A DNA stretch of 64,000 nucleotides from Candidatus Krumholzibacteriota bacterium (lineage in GTDB: Bacteria > Krumholzibacteriota > Krumholzibacteriia > JAJRXK01): assembly GCA_963806035.1 (NCBI GenBank), contig CAWDWO010000022.1, forward strand, positions 1 to 64,000, written 5' to 3'. Position 1 is the first letter of the stretch, and every line of letters starts with the position of its first letter. Made by a program: the position numbers and the translations under genes. The notes under the pieces were generated by a model. The model did no database searches and was not told the origin of the DNA. It saw only the letters and a program-made list of their open reading frames with translations. Shown piece after piece: positions 58,521 to 64,000 of this stretch.

Positions 58521-58766
58521 TTAGGACCCGATCCTCTCCGTTAGATAAGAGACCGCCTCTCCGACCGTACGCATCTTCTCCGCGTCCTCGTCGGGAATGT
58601 CGATCTCGAACTTGTCCTCGAAATCCATGACCAACTCGACCTGGTCGAGCGAGTCCGCACCGAGATCATCAATGAAGGACGCCTCGTCCGTGATTTGCTC
58701 TGCATTCACGCCGAGCTTCTCCTCGATGATCTTCTTGACTTCGGCTTCGATGTTTTCAACAGCCAC
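58521..58766 (-). CDS. acpP: Acyl carrier protein
   Basis: [22 protein letters not shown]. Confidence 0.97.
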   Translation of the reverse strand: MAVENIEAEVKKIIEEKLGVNAEQITDEASFIDDLGADSLDQVELVMDFEDKFEIDIPDEDAEKMRTVGEAVSYLTERIGS

Positions 58767-58849
58767 GCTAATCTACCTCCGAATGGCCCCCGTTTTGGGG
58801 CGGGTACTGCGATTCAACGAGCACGCAGCAGGCGCACTCCGGGGAAAGT

Positions 58850-59599
58850 TCACCCCATCACCATCCCACCGTCACAATTGAGGACTTGTCCGGTGATATA
58901 GGACGCGTCCTCCGACAGCAGAAACGAAACGAGAGCCGCCACGTCTTCGGGGCGTCCCAATCGCCGCAAGGGAATCTTCGCTTGAAGTTCCTTCACCGCG
59001 CTCTCGGGTAGCTCCTTGGTCATGGCCGTCTCGATGAAACCGGGAGCGACGGCGTTGACGGTGATTCCCCGTCCCGCCAGTTCCCGGGCCGTTGCCAGCG
59101 TGAGACCGATGATCCCTGCCTTGCTGGCCGCGTAGTTGACTTGACCGGCATTCCCCATCTGGCCGATCACCGAGCTGATGTTCACGATGCGGCCCTTGCG
59201 AGCCTTCATCATGATTGGCGCCACGTGGCGCACGAAATGAAAACAGCCGTCCAGATTGGTTCGCATGACCTGCGACCACTGCTCTGCCTTCATCCTCACC
59301 AGGAGCGCGTCTCGGGCGATGCCCGCGTTGTTCACCACGGCATCGATCGATCCCATGCGCTCCAGAACGCCCTGTACGGTGTCCGCGACCGCTGCTTCGT
59401 CCGTGACGTCGCAGGCAAAGGACTCCGCTCGCCCCTCTTCTTCTCTAAGAGAGTTCGCGAAATCGGCCAAGACCTCGGCGCGCCGCGCGACCAACGCCAG
59501 TTGGTACCCATCGCGCGCGAGCCGGGTCGCGATCGCCCTTCCAATCCCCTGGCTAGCCCCCGTGACGAGAGCCACTCCTCGAGCCCGGTCCACAGACAC
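58850..59599 (-). CDS. fabG: 3-oxoacyl-ACP reductase FabG
   Basis: TGASQGIG, NNAGIARD, GNAGQVNYAASKAG, VAPGFIET, YITGQVL. Confidence 0.96.
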   Translation of the reverse strand: MSVDRARGVALVTGASQGIGRAIATRLARDGYQLALVARRAEVLADFANSLREEEGRAESFACDVTDEAAVADTVQGVLERMGSIDAVVNNAGIARDALLVRMKAEQWSQVMRTNLDGCFHFVRHVAPIMMKARKGRIVNISSVIGQMGNAGQVNYAASKAGIIGLTLATARELAGRGITVNAVAPGFIETAMTKELPESAVKELQAKIPLRRLGRPEDVAALVSFLLSEDASYITGQVLNCDGGMVMG

Positions 59600-59671
59600 C
59601 TGAAATCCTCTAAGCTGTTGACCTGATATAGGCTATCCCTCCCCCGTCAGGGGAAGGGAGCGTCGCCATCG

Positions 59672-60628
59672 TTACATGCTCCCTTGAAGAGTGGCAAGCA
59701 TTTTTTCCACTCCTTCTCCATTGGAACTCGCGATGAATTCGGCGTCCTTGAAATCCCGCGCGCCCAGATTCGTGAGCACGTTTCCCGGCCCCAGCTCCAG
59801 AAAAGTCGACACGCCACTCTTGATCATGCGCGCCACCGACTCGTTCCAGCGCACCGGGGAGACCAACTGCGCCACCAAACCCTGTTTGATCCGTGAGGCC
59901 TCGTGGACGGGCTCCGCGCTGACGTTCGATACGATCCCGTAGGCCGGATCCGCCACCTCCACACCTTCCAGGACCTGCGCGAAGTCCGCCTGCACGCACT
60001 CCATGAGCGGAGAATGAAACGCACCACTGACCTTCAGGGGCAAAACTCTGCGCGCACCCGCTTCCTTCAGCGGGGCGGCTACCGATCGCACCGCGGCGAC
60101 ATCGCCGGAGATGACCATCTGACCGGGGCTATTCAGATTGGCCACGACCACCACGCCATGTCCGGACTGGCTGTGCGACTCGCAGACTTCCTCGACCGCT
60201 TGCTGAGCCAGGCCCACCACTGCGGCCATCGTGCCTTCTTGCCTCTGTCCCGCCTCCCACATCAATTCTCCGCGAGCGCGCACCACGCGCACCGCGTCCT
60301 CCAGTTTCAGGGCCCCGGCGGCAGCGGCCGCGCTGATTTCGCCGAGAGAATGACCGGCGGCAAGTAGTGGTTGTACTTCCACTCGCTCTGCGAGCACCGC
60401 GTGAACGGCCAGACTGTGCGCGAGGATCGCGGGCTGGGCGTTGCGGGTTTGCGTCAGTTCGTCCATGGGCCCTTCGAAGCAGAGCTTGCTCAGGGAAAAT
60501 CCCAAGGCCTCGTCGGCGCGTTGGAAGATCTCCTTGGCGCGCGGGTAGGTGCCAACGAGGTCTTTCCCCATGCCCACCGACTGACTGGCCTGTCCCGGAA
60601 ACAAGAAACCCAGCGCGTCTTTGCTCAT
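59672..60628 (-). CDS. fabD: Malonyl-CoA:ACP transacylase FabD
   Basis: FPGQASQ, QPAI, AGHSLGE, VSGAFHS, SPVRW, ELGPG. Confidence 0.96.
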   Translation of the reverse strand: MSKDALGFLFPGQASQSVGMGKDLVGTYPRAKEIFQRADEALGFSLSKLCFEGPMDELTQTRNAQPAILAHSLAVHAVLAERVEVQPLLAAGHSLGEISAAAAAGALKLEDAVRVVRARGELMWEAGQRQEGTMAAVVGLAQQAVEEVCESHSQSGHGVVVVANLNSPGQMVISGDVAAVRSVAAPLKEAGARRVLPLKVSGAFHSPLMECVQADFAQVLEGVEVADPAYGIVSNVSAEPVHEASRIKQGLVAQLVSPVRWNESVARMIKSGVSTFLELGPGNVLTNLGARDFKDAEFIASSNGEGVEKMLATLQGSM

Positions 60629-61725
60629 CTTCTGCTCCCTTCCCGATGCTCGCGGTCCTTCCTGTCGTGCTCGCCGTCGAAGGGATCGTCGAAACCTTCG
60701 CCCTCCACCTCAGCGCGAATGAGCTCGTCCAGATTCTCCCGCACGGCCCGGCTGGCGAAGACGACCGCGTTGGCAATGGCCTCCTCGTTGCTCTTCCCGT
60801 GACAGATGATGCTGATGCCCTTGCAGCCCAGAAGTGGCGCGCCACCGTACTGCACGTAATCGAAGCCTTCGAAAATGCTACGCAGACGACGCTTGAGCAT
60901 CCATCCGCCCACCCGGGCGCGAATGCTCTGCATGATCTCGTGCTTGATGGTGCCCATGAGAAAACCCGCGAATCCTTCCACCGATTTCAGCAGGATGTTT
61001 CCCACGAAGCCGTCGGTCACGATGACGTCGGCCTTTCCGGCGAAGACGGCGGAGCTCTCCACATTTCCGATGAAGTTGGGCTCGTGCTCCACCAGCAGTT
61101 TGTGTGCGGTCTGGCAGAGTTCGTTGCCCTTGGAATCTTCTTCCCCGATGTTCAACAGGCCGACGCGAGGACTCGCGACTCCCAAGACCTTCTCGGAGTA
61201 GATGCGTCCCATGGCGGCAAACTGGACCAGGTGCTGTGGCTTGCAGTCCGCGTTCGCCCCCACGTCGATGAAGAGCGCCGTGCCCTTGCGGGTGGGACAG
61301 TAGGTTGCAATGGCGGGCCTCAGCACGCCGGGCAAACGGCCCACGTAGAGAAGGTTGGCCGCAACCACCGCGCCCGTGCTGCCCGCCGAGACGAAGGCAT
61401 CCGCCCTCCCCTCGCGCATGGCTTTGGCGGCGCTGACGATGGAGGAGTCTCGCTTCTTTCGAACCGCGGCCGCGGGAGACTCGTGCATTTCGATGGACTC
61501 GGGAGCGTGGACCACGCGCACGGAGCTACGCCGGGCTCCTGTCTTGCGGATCTCCCGCATGACCGCGTCGTGGTCCCCGAAAAAAATGATGCGCGCTCCA
61601 TCCCCCAGGCGGGGTAGAGCGCGCAATGCTCCCTGGACGACCACCTCGGGGCCGAAATCGCCCCCCATGGCGTCCACTGCAATCTGTTGTTCGGGATAGG
61701 AGTCCACCGCGGCCCTGGGCGTCAC
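60625..61725 (-). CDS. plsX: Phosphate acyltransferase PlsX
   Basis: IAVDAMGGDFGP, SAGSTGA, RPAIA, DVGAN, LLNIGEEDSKG, TDGFVGN, YGGAPLLG. Confidence 0.96.
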   Translation of the reverse strand: MTPRAAVDSYPEQQIAVDAMGGDFGPEVVVQGALRALPRLGDGARIIFFGDHDAVMREIRKTGARRSSVRVVHAPESIEMHESPAAAVRKKRDSSIVSAAKAMREGRADAFVSAGSTGAVVAANLLYVGRLPGVLRPAIATYCPTRKGTALFIDVGANADCKPQHLVQFAAMGRIYSEKVLGVASPRVGLLNIGEEDSKGNELCQTAHKLLVEHEPNFIGNVESSAVFAGKADVIVTDGFVGNILLKSVEGFAGFLMGTIKHEIMQSIRARVGGWMLKRRLRSIFEGFDYVQYGGAPLLGCKGISIICHGKSNEEAIANAVVFASRAVRENLDELIRAEVEGEGFDDPFDGEHDRKDREHREGSRR

Positions 61726-61901
61726 TCGCTGCTCTGCATGACCTGCTCTGTGCCGTAGTGTCCGCATTCCTTACAGACCCGGTGGCTGACTCGGGCTGCG
61801 CCGCAATGCGGGCATCGGTCCAGATTGGCCGCGACCGCGGTGTAGTGGGTCCGGCGCTTGCGCTTGCGCGCCTTCGAACATCTCCTCTTCGGTACCGCCA
61901 T
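61722..61901 (-). CDS. rpmF: 50S ribosomal protein L32 (zinc-ribbon type)
   Basis: Not in ORF track (59 aa): MAVPKRRCSKARKRKRRTHY...CPHCG...HRVCKECGHY; SD GGAGG. Confidence 0.96.
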   Translation of the reverse strand: MAVPKRRCSKARKRKRRTHYTAVAANLDRCPHCGAARVSHRVCKECGHYGTEQVMQSSE

Positions 61902-61926
61902 GGTTCCTCCCTCGAAAAGAGACCCT

Positions 61927-62454
61927 CTACTGGGGGTCTTCGTCTTTCAGCTTCTCGAGAGCGGCCCAGCGAGAATCGATTTCATCGTGGGTGCACTCGC
62001 AGCTAGTCTCGTTCCAATCCACACCGCACTCGGGACACAGTCCCTTGCAGTCTTCACGGCACAACAGCTTCTGAGGCTCCGCCAGATTCACCGCTTCCAA
62101 AAGCGCTTCATCGAGCGAGACGGGGCCCCGCTGTTGGTGGATGGTCCACGCATCTTGCGCATCCTCCACTTCTTCTCCGCGCGAAGGATTGCGCAGAATC
62201 ATCAGCTCGAGCTCAGCCGGGGTCGCCAGCTCGAAATCGCGGTTGCAACGGTCGCATTTGACGCTCTGCCGCGCCTGAAGGGAGCCGTGCACCAAAATCC
62301 TCTGGTCCATGTCGTCGACGACGAGCTCGCCCGCCACCGCCACCTTGGTGCCCTGCTCGGGGTCCTCAGGTGCTTCGCACACGAGTTCGGTGTCGAAGGA
62401 GAGAACGGATCGGCCCCGTTCCAAACGGTCCAGATTCAGCTCTACCGCGCTCAA
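61927..62454 (-). CDS. yceD: YceD/DUF177 family protein
   Basis: CDRC, LCREDCKGLCPECG, DSRWAALEKL; canonical position before rpmF. Confidence 0.92.
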   Translation of the reverse strand: MSAVELNLDRLERGRSVLSFDTELVCEAPEDPEQGTKVAVAGELVVDDMDQRILVHGSLQARQSVKCDRCNRDFELATPAELELMILRNPSRGEEVEDAQDAWTIHQQRGPVSLDEALLEAVNLAEPQKLLCREDCKGLCPECGVDWNETSCECTHDEIDSRWAALEKLKDEDPQ

Positions 62455-62490
62455 ACCAGGGCTCCTAGAGTAATCGTTCCGTGGCCAATG

Positions 62491-62898
62491 TCAAAGAGAT
62501 CCGCCGAAGATCAGCCCGAGTTCGAGCTTGGCGTTCGGCGGAGAATCGGAGGCGTGGACCGCGTTGTGCGAGAGATCCGTGCCGAAAAGAAAGCGAATCG
62601 TGCCGCAGGCGGCCTCCTCGGGGTTGGTTGCTCCCACCAGTTCGCGCATCCGGGAGACGGCCTCCTCGCGCTGGCAGTGCACCCCCACCACCGGTCCCGA
62701 GCAGATGTACTGCACCAGATCGGCGAAAAAGGGCCGTTCCCGGTGGACCGCGTAGAACTTCTCGGCCAGAGCGCGCTCCATGGTGAAGCTCTTGATTTTC
62801 AACAGCTTGAAGCCGTTGGTCTCGGCCATTGCCAGAATGCGTCCCACCTGGCCGGCCTGCACGGCCTCGGGCTTGATCATCATGTAGGTGTCCTGCAC
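62491..62898 (-). CDS. ndk: Nucleoside diphosphate kinase
   Basis: MIKPEAV, FYAVHRERPFF, GATNP, GTIR, NAVHASDS. Confidence 0.96.
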   Translation of the reverse strand: MQDTYMMIKPEAVQAGQVGRILAMAETNGFKLLKIKSFTMERALAEKFYAVHRERPFFADLVQYICSGPVVGVHCQREEAVSRMRELVGATNPEEAACGTIRFLFGTDLSHNAVHASDSPPNAKLELGLIFGGSL

Positions 62899-62978
62899 AG
62901 CATCTCCCTTTCGTACGACAGGAGCTCCCGCGAACGGGAGCCCCCAGAATCAGCGAAAATGGTCGGTTCCGCCAGAGT

Positions 62979-63875
62979 CTAGCGGGCCAGGGCGGCCTTG
63001 GCCGGCGGGTAGCTCTCCGCCAGCAGCGGCACGAGGTCGCTCGGCTTGTCCGCCACCTTCACCCCCGCCGCCTCGAAGGCGGCAACCTTGCTCTCAGCGG
63101 TCCCCTTGCCGCCGCTCACGATGGCCCCGGCGTGCCCCATGCGCTTGCCGGGAGGGGCCGTGCGGCCCGCGATGAAGGCCACCACCGGCTTGCTCATTTT
63201 TTTCTGGATGTACTCGGCCGCCTTCTCCTCGTCATCGCCGCCGATCTCCCCGATGAGCACCACCGCCTCGGTGTCGGGGTCGCTTTCGAAAGCGGTCAGG
63301 CAATCCAGGAAGTCCGTCCCGACGATCGGGTCGCCTCCAATTCCGATACAGGTGCTCTGGCCGAGTCCGTTTCGCGTGAGCTGATCCACGACTTCGTAGG
63401 TCAGGGTGCCACTACGGCTCACCACTCCCACCTTGCCCTCGGCGGTGATCTGCGCCGGTAAGATGCCCACTTTGGACTGCCCCGGACTCAAGATCCCCGG
63501 ACAGTTGGGGCCGATGAGGCGCGCGCCCTTCTCTTTCACATAGGCGTAGGTGACGGCCATGTCGTTGACCGGCACTCCCTCGGAGATACAGACGACCGTC
63601 TTACAGCCTGCATCCACCGCTTCCATGATGGCGTCGGTGGCGAAGGCCGCGGGCACGTAGATGACGCTGGTGTTCGCCCCGGTTTCCGCCACTGCTTCGC
63701 GCACGGTATTGAAGATGGGAACTTTGTCCTCGAAGAGCTGGCCACCCTTGCCGGGAGTGACTCCCGCCACGACCGCGGTTCCGTAGTCCATCATCTGCTG
63801 GGTGTGAAAGGAACCATCGCGACCGGTGATTCCCTGGACGACGAGCTTGGTGTCCTTGTTGACGAAGATGCTCAT
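62979..63875 (-). CDS. sucD: Succinyl-CoA synthetase alpha subunit
   Basis: [46 protein letters not shown]. Confidence 0.97.
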   Translation of the reverse strand: MSIFVNKDTKLVVQGITGRDGSFHTQQMMDYGTAVVAGVTPGKGGQLFEDKVPIFNTVREAVAETGANTSVIYVPAAFATDAIMEAVDAGCKTVVCISEGVPVNDMAVTYAYVKEKGARLIGPNCPGILSPGQSKVGILPAQITAEGKVGVVSRSGTLTYEVVDQLTRNGLGQSTCIGIGGDPIVGTDFLDCLTAFESDPDTEAVVLIGEIGGDDEEKAAEYIQKKMSKPVVAFIAGRTAPPGKRMGHAGAIVSGGKGTAESKVAAFEAAGVKVADKPSDLVPLLAESYPPAKAALAR

Positions 63876-63876
63876 G

Positions 63877-64000
63877 CTACTTGCCCTCCCCTGCCAGTTG
63901 AAGCGCCAGCTGGACCGCTTCGTCCATGGTCTCGGCGGGATGCAGCTTGCTGCCCTGCAGCATCTCCCTCGCCTTTTTCTCGTTGGTCCCGGTCAGCCGC
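63877..64000 (-). CDS. sucC: Succinyl-CoA synthetase beta subunit, C-terminus (partial)
   Basis: Manual translation [40 protein letters not shown]; RLxGTN motif; immediately upstream of sucD. Confidence 0.9.
   Translation of the reverse strand, partial: RLTGTNEKKAREMLQGSKLHPAETMDEAVQLALQLAGEGK

Noticed and set aside
62467..62494. TTGACA-N16-TACTCT before yceD
   Set aside because: The implied TSS would fall downstream of the apparent SD (AGGAG) and only about 6 nt before the TTG start. Plausible but internally inconsistent, so not called.

Overview
This is a GC-rich bacterial chromosome segment made up almost entirely of housekeeping and envelope genes. About 67 CDS were found, all on the minus strand except one plus-strand lipoprotein gene. 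In transcription order (right to left): sucC(partial)-sucD-ndk-yceD-rpmF-plsX-fabD-fabG-acpP-fabF-rnc-Cys-rich hypothetical-mog-TPR-lipoprotein-ECF sigma/anti-sigma-DUF4837-aroB-TPR-aroQ-efp-accB-pilT-like-accC-thiE-ftsK-rimO-hypothetical-TPR-bamD-nadD-polA-coaE-prfB(+1 frameshift)-lysS-lolC/E-lolD-mcsA-mcsB-clpC | bamA-skp-lpxD-lpxC/fabZ-lpxA-lpxB-DUF374-lpxK >< lipoprotein <> nadB-memo-methyltransferase-bshC-bshB1-bshA-TIGR04138-mobA-moaC | tolQ-tolR-tolA-tolB-pal-cpoB-cupin-lexA(partial). The organism is an LPS diderm. The LpxC-FabZ fusion and DUF4837 suggest an FCB-related lineage (inference). It also carries stress modules best known from Firmicutes: bacillithiol synthesis and McsA/McsB/ClpC. 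I saw no rRNA, tRNA, CRISPR array, IS or prophage. The strongest new signal is a motif, GGGAACCC-N14/15-CGTA(T/C/A)A, found three times in intergenic DNA: upstream of the ECF sigma gene itself, of the bamA-skp-lpx operon and of the tol-pal operon. This points to an envelope-stress regulon. Other notable points are a candidate N-methyl-bacillithiol operon, an orphan lipoprotein with a sigma54/IHF-type promoter, a PilT-family ATPase splitting accB from accC, and five single-base frameshifts that are probably sequencing errors. All product calls come from recognising motifs by eye; no database searches were run.
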